Positions 9,550 to 17,129 are shown, counted from the stretch's first letter. The stretch: DNA of 64,000 nucleotides from Eubacteriales bacterium (GCA_040883315.1 JBFLKU010000003.1:30012-94011); one strand, 5' to 3'. A program made the numbers and translations. Notes: a model not told the origin generated them from the sequence alone.

Positions 9550-10283
9550 TTTTTTATGTAGTTCTGTATTGATTCATTTATAAACTCGGCTAGATTTTCA
9601 CCGTGTTTGTCAATGTTCTTTTTGAATCTTTCATCGAATACATACATGTCTGCAAGCCCCAGCAATATTTCATCTGTACACTCATAAAAATTTTCGCTGA
9701 TGTGGCTTTGCCACTGCTGCACCAGTGTGTCCACGCTTTTGCATTTCGGCTTTTTGTTCATGCAGTCCGCAAAATCACTAAATAGTCTGTTCCAGTAGTC
9801 ATTTATTCTTTTCCAGTCCTGCTCTGTGAATTCGGCGGTCTTTTTATTGCTTTGTTTGTATGCATCTGTGTGTCCCCACCTTTGCTTTGCTTCTTCTTTG
9901 TATTTTTCTATATGTTGTTTAATTTCTGTCATATCAAACTCCTTTAAGTCTACTTTATTTGATTTTAGGTTGTCATCCAGCAGCGCAATTATTTTACCAA
10001 GCCTTTCTCTTTTCAAAACTAATAGTTCCCGATGCTTCTTTAGGGCATCTGCTGTGTCGTGGTTTGGATTTTCCATTATTTCTTTTATATCCTTTAGCGG
10101 GATATCGAGCTCTTTGAAAAATAGAATTTCCTGAAGCTTTTCAAGAGATGTATAATCATATTGCCTGTACCCATTGTCTGCGATGCTGCTTGGGCAAAGC
10201 AGACCTATTTCATCATAATAGTGCAGTGTCCGTACGCTTACACCACAGAGATTTGCTATTTGATTTATGGTTAATGGCTTCAT
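9540..10283 (-). CDS. MerR-family regulator with TipAS-type C-terminal domain (Mta/TipA-like)
   Basis: N-terminal HTH LTINQIANLCGVSVRTLHYYDEIGLL. Long helical C-terminal effector domain. Confidence 0.85.
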   Translation of the reverse strand: MKPLTINQIANLCGVSVRTLHYYDEIGLLCPSSIADNGYRQYDYTSLEKLQEILFFKELDIPLKDIKEIMENPNHDTADALKKHRELLVLKRERLGKIIALLDDNLKSNKVDLKEFDMTEIKQHIEKYKEEAKQRWGHTDAYKQSNKKTAEFTEQDWKRINDYWNRLFSDFADCMNKKPKCKSVDTLVQQWQSHISENFYECTDEILLGLADMYVFDERFKKNIDKHGENLAEFINESIQNYIKNKG

Positions 10284-10313
10284 ATGGGCAACCTTTCAGT
10301 TCGAATTAATTTC

Positions 10314-10344
10314 ATTATAAACTATTACGCAGCGTTAGTGTCAA
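10314..10344 (-). promoter_or_regulatory. MerR-type promoter with 19-nt spacer
   Basis: On the minus strand: TTGACA (10344-10339), a 19-nt spacer CTAACGCTGCGTAATAGTT with an imperfect dyad, then TATAAT (10319-10314). Confidence 0.55.
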
Positions 10345-10371
10345 CAATAATATAAAATAAAATATTCAAAC

Positions 10372-10400
10372 AAAAAAAGCTGCCTGCAAATGCAGGCAGC
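10372..10400 (-). terminator. intrinsic terminator after the MBL-rhodanese gene
   Basis: On the minus strand: GCTGCCTGCatttGCAGGCAGC followed by TTTTTTT. Confidence 0.8.
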
Positions 10401-10413
10401 TGGTAAATCGCTT

Positions 10414-11460
10414 TTAGCTTCTATATCCTATCATTCCGCCTTCTAGTACCTTTACTTTTTCAAATCCCTGGGATGATAATATCTGTGCGGCGGTTGTGGC
10501 TCTTGCTCCGGAGCGGCATATAGAGACAATGGTCTTGTCTTTATATGGTATTATTTCATCTAGTCGCTTGCTTAGCTGACCGACAGGAATATTAATTACT
10601 CCATCTATATGTCCCAGTGCGTCGTCCAGCTCCTCCGGCTCGCGCACATCCAAAAGCACAGGTGAATTTAATGATTCCAAAGCATATTTGTCTATGTATT
10701 CCACCTGAATGTCTGCAACGTCAGAAGCCATAGTTCCCTTCACCTCGCATGCTGGCACATCTGTGGGTATGAATGCAGCATCGGGGTCTGTTGAGCAGCT
10801 ATAGTTTGCTTTTAGCACGTCCTTCATCCAGTCGGCAGGTCCTAGCTTCAAATCGTTTATATAGGTTACGAAGTCGTTTTTGCTTTTGATGCGAAGGTGA
10901 GGGTTTTTTTCTCTCTGGTTGTCCAGATTGGATGGCACACGGCTTCTGTATTCATGAGCCGGGTATACCATCACATCGCCTGAAACATCATCTAGCCTTT
11001 GAAGGCTTTCCCAGTGTGCTGTGGCATCCCCGCCCGGCAAATCGTCTCTTCCTGCTCCGGCATCCTCCAGAAATAGAAAATCCCCTGTGAAAATCATATC
11101 GTCAAATAATAGCGATATAGAGTCTCTGGTGTGCCCGGGAGTCTCTAGAACCCTTGCTTTTTTGCCTGCGATCTCTATAATGTCGCCTTCTCTAACATGT
11201 GTCGTAACACACTTGGCAGGGGCTTTTTCATGCATTACGTATTCGCATCCTGTTGCCTGCACCAATGATGCCCCGGCTGATATATGGTCTGCATGGGTAT
11301 GGGTGTCTACAACGTGTGTTAATTTTAGCTTTCTGTCCGAAAGCAGTTTCAAATACTCCTCTGTATGTATAATTACCGGATCAATCAAAACGCATGTGTT
11401 ATCATCATTTGTCAGCAGATATGTCCAGCATGCACCGGGATTAAGTTTTTCAATATTCAT
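10414..11460 (-). CDS. metallo-beta-lactamase-fold protein fused to a C-terminal rhodanese domain (ETHE1/CstB-like architecture)
   Basis: HTHADH metal motif in the N-terminal ~230 aa. C-terminal rhodanese domain with active-site loop CRSGARAT. GGAGGA SD. Confidence 0.8.
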   Translation of the reverse strand: MNIEKLNPGACWTYLLTNDDNTCVLIDPVIIHTEEYLKLLSDRKLKLTHVVDTHTHADHISAGASLVQATGCEYVMHEKAPAKCVTTHVREGDIIEIAGKKARVLETPGHTRDSISLLFDDMIFTGDFLFLEDAGAGRDDLPGGDATAHWESLQRLDDVSGDVMVYPAHEYRSRVPSNLDNQREKNPHLRIKSKNDFVTYINDLKLGPADWMKDVLKANYSCSTDPDAAFIPTDVPACEVKGTMASDVADIQVEYIDKYALESLNSPVLLDVREPEELDDALGHIDGVINIPVGQLSKRLDEIIPYKDKTIVSICRSGARATTAAQILSSQGFEKVKVLEGGMIGYRS

Positions 11461-11469
11461 ATTTTCCTC

Positions 11470-12279
11470 CTAGCCTAGTCCAACATCTAAGCCCATCATA
11501 ACCATGAAACCGATAACCACGCCTATGGTGGCTATATCGGAGTGTCCTTGGTGAGCTTCAGGTATCAATTCCTCTGCCACAACATATATCATAGCACCTG
11601 CTGCAAAAGCCAAAGCGTATGGAAGGATCGGTCTGAATGTCAGCACTGCGATTGCTCCCAGTACGCCGGCAATAGGCTCCACCATGCCGGAGAGCTGACC
11701 CCAGAAAAAGCTTTTGCCTCGTGACATTCCTTCCCTTCGAAGCGGCACAGAAACCGCAGCACCCTCTGGGAAGTTTTGTATTCCGATACCTACAGCCAAG
11801 GCTACAGCACCTGCCAGCGTTGCTCCGCTGAAATTGGCACCAACAGCACCAAATGCCACACCCACAGCCAGACCTTCCGGTATGTTGTGAAGAGTTATTG
11901 CGCTGACTAAAAGAATGCTTTTTCGCCAGTTCGATGTTAGTCCCTCTTTTTGTGTTCCGTCAGGGGTCATATGCATGTGCGGCAGCAGCTTGTCTGCACT
12001 AAACAAAAAAGCACAACCCATTCCAAAGCCTACCAGCACAACAATCCAAGCTGTCTGCCCTGAAGCTTCTGACATAGAAACTGCAGGTGCCAACAGTGAG
12101 AAAAAGCTGGCAGCAATCATAACACCGCTTGCAAATCCCAGCATTCCATCCAGCACTTTATAATTTATTTTTTTAAAGAAAAAAACTATTCCTGCACCTA
12201 GCATTGTCACTCCCCATGTGAAGAGTGTTCCGAAAAGAGCTTGGATTACAGGTGGGAATTGTCTTAAAAATTCTAACAT
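11470..12279 (-). CDS. ZIP-family divalent metal transporter (ZupT-like)
   Basis: 269 aa with 8 predicted TM segments. Signature HNIPEGLAVG and NFPEGAAV. Ends 9 nt before the MBL-rhodanese gene. Confidence 0.85.
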   Translation of the reverse strand: MLEFLRQFPPVIQALFGTLFTWGVTMLGAGIVFFFKKINYKVLDGMLGFASGVMIAASFFSLLAPAVSMSEASGQTAWIVVLVGFGMGCAFLFSADKLLPHMHMTPDGTQKEGLTSNWRKSILLVSAITLHNIPEGLAVGVAFGAVGANFSGATLAGAVALAVGIGIQNFPEGAAVSVPLRREGMSRGKSFFWGQLSGMVEPIAGVLGAIAVLTFRPILPYALAFAAGAMIYVVAEELIPEAHQGHSDIATIGVVIGFMVMMGLDVGLG

Positions 12280-12310
12280 ATATTATTCCTCTTTATTGAT
12301 TTAATATAAT

Positions 12311-12336
12311 AAAAAAAGGCTAAGAAAACCTAGCCT
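12311..12336 (-). terminator. intrinsic terminator after the rubredoxin-like gene
   Basis: On the minus strand: AGGCTAGgttttCTTAGCCT (one mismatch) followed by TTTTTTT. Confidence 0.6.
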
Positions 12337-12348
12337 CTTTTAAAAGTC

Positions 12349-12684
12349 TTACCATTTTCCTTTTCCAACGTGTCCAGCAATTTCTGCCTTTGAGCGTTGT
12401 TTTATTACCCAAGCTTCATCTAATGCATTTTTAAATAATGCAACGCATGGAGGATCTAGATTGATCTCTATTCCTTCCAATGCTAATTGCTGGATTTTTG
12501 CAGCTAATCCTACAATCTCCATATGTATATCGTTAGTTCTGTCTGAAGCATATACTTTGTCTGAAGCTTCTTTGCTTAACTCTTCAAATTTCTCTTTTGG
12601 TGCACCGCATTTTGGGCATGAATCTGGTGCTTCTTCTCCCTCGTGAATATATCCGCATACTGTACATTTGAACAATTTTTTCAT
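12349..12684 (-). CDS. rubredoxin-fold protein with an uncharacterised helical C-terminal domain
   Basis: N-terminal CTVCGYIH...CPKCGAPKEKF (two CxxC knuckles). ~70-aa C-terminal extension of unknown family. Confidence 0.55.
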   Translation of the reverse strand: MKKLFKCTVCGYIHEGEEAPDSCPKCGAPKEKFEELSKEASDKVYASDRTNDIHMEIVGLAAKIQQLALEGIEINLDPPCVALFKNALDEAWVIKQRSKAEIAGHVGKGKW

Positions 12685-12805
12685 ACTTTCTTCTCCTTTG
12701 CATGTTTTTTATATATCTAATCATACCATATGAAAGTACTATTTACAATATACACCAAGGCTATATTGTTAAATCCATGCTAATTATTTGAAGTAAGATT
12801 ATCAA

Positions 12806-13141
12806 TTAATGGTCACATACATTGTCTCCATATTCCAGCTCGTCATTCAGATATTTCTCCACCAATATATCAGGTGCAATAGAGGGAGCACCTACGCAGA
12901 CCTTTATATTTCGTTCCGCAAAAAGGCCTTGGGCTCTCTGACCCATTCCTCCTGTTATAATCAGCTGCACTTGCTTTTCTCCTAGCCATTTTGGAAGAAG
13001 TCCAGGCTCATGTGGGGGAGGCGTTACTAGTTCATATTTTGTTATGGCATTGTTTTTGTCTGTTTCGCATATGTAGAATTGCTGACAGTGACCGAAGTGA
13101 TTACAGAGTTTGTTATTCTGTATTGGTATAGCTATTTTCAT
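12806..13141 (-). CDS. NifX/NifB-like (MTH1175-like, dinitrogenase FeMo-cofactor-binding fold) protein
   Basis: 111 aa. MKIAIPIQNNKLCNHFGHCQQFYI and IITGGMGQRA are typical of the family. Starts 4 nt after the upstream gene's stop. Confidence 0.8.
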   Translation of the reverse strand: MKIAIPIQNNKLCNHFGHCQQFYICETDKNNAITKYELVTPPPHEPGLLPKWLGEKQVQLIITGGMGQRAQGLFAERNIKVCVGAPSIAPDILVEKYLNDELEYGDNVCDH

Positions 13142-13144
13142 TTT

Positions 13145-14023
13145 CTACTCCTTGTTATTTATAATATTTATATATTTGTTCCACATTTCATTTATGGATT
13201 TCGAAGCTTCACTTTTGGAGAATTCGATTATGGTTTTTTTGTGTATCTGTGCATTTGTAATTTCCTGGTCATAAGGCACTTTCCCTATCAAAGGTATGTT
13301 TCGAGCTGTAAGCATTTTTGCAATTTCTGCAGTTACATCTTCGTTTATATCGTATTTGTTTATGCATACATAGGAGCTGATGGAAAAATGCTTTGCTAAA
13401 TCTAAAACTCTTTGCATGTCGTGGACTCCAGATACTGTCGGTTCGGTGACAACTATTACGGAATCAACTCCGGTCATAGATGCTATCACAGGGCATCCGA
13501 TTCCGGGAGGACCATCAATTACTATATAGTCGCTCTTTTGGCTTGAGGCTATTTCTCTTGCTTTTCTTCGCACTTCGCTGACTAGCTTGCCGGAATTTTC
13601 AGCGGCTATAGATAGCTTTGCATGCACCATAGACCCGAATCTGGTATCTGAAACATAGTAGTGTCCGCATAATGAAGGCACAAAATCTATAGCTTTTTCT
13701 TGGCACACCCATGTACACACGCCGCACCCTTCGCACATTATGGGGTCTACCATGTACTTATTGTCAGTTTTCTTTATCGCATCAAATCTACAGCTTTCTA
13801 GGCATATACCGCAGGATATGCATTGGTTTTCTATTATGTTGGCTGTATGCCCAGAGATAAACTCATACTTTTCTTTTGTTTCAGGCTTTAGTATCAGGTG
13901 CAGGTCGGCTGCATCCACATCGCAGTCTGCAAAAACTGAGTTATGAGATAGTGATGCAATTGCACCAGTGATGCTGGTTTTGCCTGTTCCGCCTTTGCCG
14001 CTGACTATCAATATCTCTTTCAT
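13145..14023 (-). CDS. MinD/ParA-type P-loop ATPase with inserted 2x[4Fe-4S] ferredoxin domain
   Basis: Deviant Walker A SGKGGTGKT. CISCGICLESC and CEGCGVCTWVC motifs. ATGA overlap with the upstream paralog. Confidence 0.8.
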   Translation of the reverse strand: MKEILIVSGKGGTGKTSITGAIASLSHNSVFADCDVDAADLHLILKPETKEKYEFISGHTANIIENQCISCGICLESCRFDAIKKTDNKYMVDPIMCEGCGVCTWVCQEKAIDFVPSLCGHYYVSDTRFGSMVHAKLSIAAENSGKLVSEVRRKAREIASSQKSDYIVIDGPPGIGCPVIASMTGVDSVIVVTEPTVSGVHDMQRVLDLAKHFSISSYVCINKYDINEDVTAEIAKMLTARNIPLIGKVPYDQEITNAQIHKKTIIEFSKSEASKSINEMWNKYINIINNKE

Positions 14024-14856
14024 GCTACTACCTCTTGGATGTAAGAAAGCATATTATTAAGCTGAGCTTTTAATGATGGTATTGCATTTAAGATGCTGTT
14101 TCCATTGGAATATGCTTTTGCAGCTGCCATATTTTCAGGGATTTCTAATAGTATTTTTATATGGTTTTTTGCACAATATTCATGTATTTGCTTGTATTCT
14201 TTTTTTGCACGATTTATTACCACGCCAAAGGGTGTTTTAAGCGATTTTATAGTATCTACAGTTATTATCAAATCATTTAAGCCAAAAGGAGAAGCCTCTG
14301 TAACGAGCACTATATAGTCAGCTCCATTAATCGCAGTAATAAGAGGACATGAACTGCCGGGCGGGCAATCGATGATATTTATTATACTATCATCTATCCT
14401 TCTTTTTACTGCACGAATTAATGGAGGTGACATAGCACGGCCAATATCCAGTCTGCCCTGTGTAAAGGAAAGAGATTTAGATTGGGATGCTATAATCTTG
14501 CCGATAGGCATGTCTTGCTCTGATATAGCATTTTGAGGACATATCATTTCACATCCACCACAACCATGACATAGCTCATCAAAAATCAAAACATTATCTT
14601 TCAGCACGGCTATAACGTTAAACTGGCATATTTCCTGGCACTTGCCACAAAAAATACATTTATCTATATCAACAGAAGGTATAGGTATATTTACAGTTTC
14701 CTCCTTCGTGTTTTCTAAATCCAAAAATAAATCCGCATTAGGCTCTTCCACGTCGCAGTCCAATAGCTGCACTTTTTCGTCAATAGCCAAGGCTAGAGCA
14801 ATAGATATTGTGGTTTTTCCTGTTCCGCCTTTTCCGGAGGCAATGGCTATTTTCAT
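14020..14856 (-). CDS. MinD/ParA-type P-loop ATPase with inserted 2x[4Fe-4S] ferredoxin domain (paralog)
   Basis: SGKGGTGKT, CIFCGKCQEIC and CHGCGGCEMIC. Start moved to the ATG at 14856 (MKIAIASG), 1 nt after the NifX-like stop. The track start at 14880 would overlap that gene. Confidence 0.8.
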   Translation of the reverse strand: MKIAIASGKGGTGKTTISIALALAIDEKVQLLDCDVEEPNADLFLDLENTKEETVNIPIPSVDIDKCIFCGKCQEICQFNVIAVLKDNVLIFDELCHGCGGCEMICPQNAISEQDMPIGKIIASQSKSLSFTQGRLDIGRAMSPPLIRAVKRRIDDSIINIIDCPPGSSCPLITAINGADYIVLVTEASPFGLNDLIITVDTIKSLKTPFGVVINRAKKEYKQIHEYCAKNHIKILLEIPENMAAAKAYSNGNSILNAIPSLKAQLNNMLSYIQEVVA

Positions 14857-14857
14857 G

Positions 14858-15220
14858 CTACACCCAATGGCCTTCGACATTAGCGTCTGCCATTGAATGC
14901 AATTTTCTGCTTTTATACTGCTTAATATTATACATGATAGTTCCGTCTATTCCGGAATACACTTTGATGCCGGACGCTGAGAGCACTTTATATGCTTTGG
15001 GTCCGCAGTTTATTGTAATCAAAATATCTGCTCCAGCTTTTATTATTGTCTGGGCGGACTGTATGCCGGCACCTTGAGAAGACTCCATATTCTGAATGTT
15101 TTCTACTATATCAAAACTCATAGAGTCAGAATCGATAATAACAAAGTTTTTGGATCGACCAAATGATTTGCTTATTTCATCTTCTAATATATTGCTGTTT
15201 GTTGGGATTACTATTTTCAT
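14858..15220 (-). CDS. NifX/NifB-like (MTH1175-like) protein
   Basis: 120 aa. MKIVIPT...SFGRSKNFVI...ITINCGPKA family pattern. Confidence 0.8.
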   Translation of the reverse strand: MKIVIPTNSNILEDEISKSFGRSKNFVIIDSDSMSFDIVENIQNMESSQGAGIQSAQTIIKAGADILITINCGPKAYKVLSASGIKVYSGIDGTIMYNIKQYKSRKLHSMADANVEGHWV

Positions 15221-15286
15221 TTTTGCTCCAATTGTCTTTTATATGTGAATAAGCAACCTAAAAAATTAAGTTACTTATTCAATAAA

Positions 15287-15553
15287 TTAAAGGTTGTTTA
15301 GTTGTTCATCTAGGATAGATAGATCTTTCTCTAAAGAGATTTTTCTTTGGTTAAGCATTTCTTTCTTTTGCTCGTCAGTTAGCTCTACTGCCGAAAAAAG
15401 TCTGCCCATACCTCGGCCTCTTCTGCAGTTGCGGCCGCTGCCCATTCCGCGACCCATTGAGAAGCTATCGGCCTCTGTTTTGCCACAGTATCCTAGTCCC
15501 CTGCCTGTTTGCATGCCTGCACCCATTGGTCCAGTTCCATTCATTCCTGGCAT
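15287..15553 (-). CDS. DUF5320 protein
   Basis: 88 aa. G/M/P-rich N-terminus MPGMNGTGPMGAGMQTGRGLGYCG followed by a coiled-coil tail. AAGGAGGAA SD. Confidence 0.7.
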   Translation of the reverse strand: MPGMNGTGPMGAGMQTGRGLGYCGKTEADSFSMGRGMGSGRNCRRGRGMGRLFSAVELTDEQKKEMLNQRKISLEKDLSILDEQLNNL

Positions 15554-15601
15554 AGTTTAGTTCCTCCTTGTGCTTTATTGACATATGCCCTTTACAACTA
15601 C

Positions 15602-15629
15602 ATTATACTCAATAAAAAACATATGTCAA
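15602..15629 (-). promoter_or_regulatory. SigA-type promoter of the DUF5320/NifX/MinD-Fdx operon
   Basis: On the minus strand: TTGACA (15629-15624), 16 nt, TATAAT (15607-15602). Confidence 0.6.
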
Positions 15630-15653
15630 CAAATATTTAGATAAATTATTTTG

Positions 15654-15682
15654 TTGACACCTTTTTGAGAGAGTGATATTAT
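15654..15682 (+). promoter_or_regulatory. SigA-type promoter P1 of the DUF134-mrp operon
   Basis: TTGACA (15654-15659), 17 nt, TATTAT (15677-15682) preceded by TGa. Confidence 0.55.
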
Positions 15683-15725
15683 GAAAAGCGATATAGGGCA
15701 TATGTTCATTATTCGAATTTACAAT

Positions 15726-15753
15726 TTGACATAAAGGCTATTTAATCTATAAT
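15726..15753 (+). promoter_or_regulatory. SigA-type promoter P2 of the DUF134-mrp operon
   Basis: TTGACA (15726-15731), 16 nt, TATAAT (15748-15753). Confidence 0.5.
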
Positions 15754-15804
15754 AATTATGTGAAAAAGAGTAAAAGCTCTATTCTGCAAATAAAGGAGTG
15801 AGAT

Positions 15805-16170
15805 ATGCCAAGACCGACAAAATGGAGAAAAGTATGCTATATGCCTCGCAACACAGTCTTTGGTCCTATGGACAAAAGGCAAGATTCTGAAACCATTACT
15901 ATGATGGTGGATGAATATGAAACTATTAGACTGATAGATTTAGAGGGGCTGACGCAGGAAGAATGCGCAGAAAGAATGAATGTGGCGCGCACTACTGTGC
16001 AGCGAATATACACAATAGCCAGAAATAAACTGGCAAAATCCTTGGTAAACGGAAGTGTGCTGAAGATAGAGGGCGGTGAATACAAGCTGTGCACCGAAGA
16101 AGAAAGAATGAATGGATGCGGCAGATGCAAAAGAGGCCACTATGGGCAGATGACAGAAAATAATAATTAA
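15805..16170 (+). CDS. DUF134 (UPF0251) predicted DNA-binding protein with C-terminal Cys cluster
   Basis: [15 protein letters not shown]-terminus. Sigma-70 region-4-like [25 protein letters not shown]-terminal C...CGRC. Confidence 0.8.
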   Translation: MPRPTKWRKVCYMPRNTVFGPMDKRQDSETITMMVDEYETIRLIDLEGLTQEECAERMNVARTTVQRIYTIARNKLAKSLVNGSVLKIEGGEYKLCTEEERMNGCGRCKRGHYGQMTENNN

Positions 16171-16197
16171 TTATTAAATAAACTTTTGGAGAAACAA

Positions 16198-17028
16198 ATG
16201 AGCGAAACATGCAACAATGACTGCAGCAGCTGTGCAGAAAGCTGCTCTGATAGAAAAGAAGAAAACACAGATTTTTCAGCAAAGCTAAATGATATGAGCA
16301 AGGTGGGAAAGGTCTACGCAGTAATCAGCGGAAAAGGCGGAGTAGGAAAATCCATGATTACCTCCATGATGGCTGCGGCTATGAACAAAAACGGATATAA
16401 GACAGCTGTTTTAGATGCAGATATAACAGGGCCGTCTATACCAAAGCTATTTGGTGTGGAAGCCAAAGCTATGCAGAATGAATTTGGCATATTGCCGTCA
16501 ATCAGCAAAAACGGAACTAAAATAATGTCTGTAAACCTGCTGCTGGAAAACAACACCGACCCTGTAGTATGGAGAGGACCAATAATAGCAAACGTAGTGA
16601 AACAATTCTGGACAGATGTGGTGTGGGGAGATGTAGACTATATGTTTATAGATATGCCTCCAGGAACAGGTGACGTGCCGCTGACAATATTTCAGTCTCT
16701 GCCTGTAGATGGGCTGATAGTTGTCACTTCGCCGCAGGAGCTGGTATCTATGATAGCCAGAAAAGCTGTGAGAATGGCAGAGATGATGAATGTGCCGATT
16801 ATAGCAATAGTCGAAAATATGTCATACTATACATGCCCGGACTGCGGAAATAAGCACAATATATTCGGGGAAAGCAAAATTGATGAAGTGGCAAAGGAGC
16901 ATTCCATTGATGTAGTTGCAAAGCTGCCGATCGATTCTGATATCGCTGCATTATCAGACAAAGGCGAAATTGAAAAATATGAAAGCGATGCGCTGAACGA
17001 AATAGTAGAAATAATCGAAAAAAAATAA
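16198..17028 (+). CDS. Mrp/NBP35/ApbC-family Fe-S cluster carrier ATPase
   Basis: Walker A SGKGGVGKS and CPDC bridging-cluster motif. Cys-rich N-terminus CNNDCSSCAESC. The track start at 16186 is TTG. The ATG at 16198 has a GGAGA SD 5 nt upstream. Confidence 0.85.
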   Translation: MSETCNNDCSSCAESCSDRKEENTDFSAKLNDMSKVGKVYAVISGKGGVGKSMITSMMAAAMNKNGYKTAVLDADITGPSIPKLFGVEAKAMQNEFGILPSISKNGTKIMSVNLLLENNTDPVVWRGPIIANVVKQFWTDVVWGDVDYMFIDMPPGTGDVPLTIFQSLPVDGLIVVTSPQELVSMIARKAVRMAEMMNVPIIAIVENMSYYTCPDCGNKHNIFGESKIDEVAKEHSIDVVAKLPIDSDIAALSDKGEIEKYESDALNEIVEIIEKK

Positions 17029-17052
17029 TAATATTTAAAATAGGAACTAAAG

Positions 17053-17079
17053 CACTTGCTAATGGGCAGGTGTTTTTTT
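17053..17079 (+). terminator. intrinsic terminator after mrp
   Basis: CACTTGCtaatggGCAGGTG (one mismatch) followed by TTTTTTT. Confidence 0.65.
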
Positions 17080-17129
17080 GTGCCTAAATGTCATTAAATT
17101 AAAGATTTCAGATATATATGGGTATATTT

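Larger units (their letters stand above)
15581..15705. repeat. exact 11-bp inverted repeat (candidate shared operator) bracketing the divergent promoters
   Basis: ACATATGCCCT at 15581-15591 and its reverse complement AGGGCATATGT at 15695-15705. A third CATATG-centred copy lies at 15619-15630. Confidence 0.6.

Noticed and set aside
12790-12805. TGATAATCTTACTTCA on the minus strand upstream of the rubredoxin-like gene, resembling half of a Fur/PerR box.
   Set aside because: Only the TGATAAT half matches and the second half-site is not palindromic. It also overlaps the stop region of the upstream NifX-like gene.
16186-16197. Alternative upstream non-ATG starts in the ORF track. These include the mrp TTG at 16186, tlpA at 17853, the kinase at 20301, the pstC TTG at 38828, the pyrB TTG at 54136, the pyrC GTG at 53185 and the GH3-like GTG at 61621.
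   Set aside because: In each case a downstream ATG has a better-placed Shine-Dalgarno sequence. That ATG also avoids an overlap or matches the expected signal peptide or family N-terminus.
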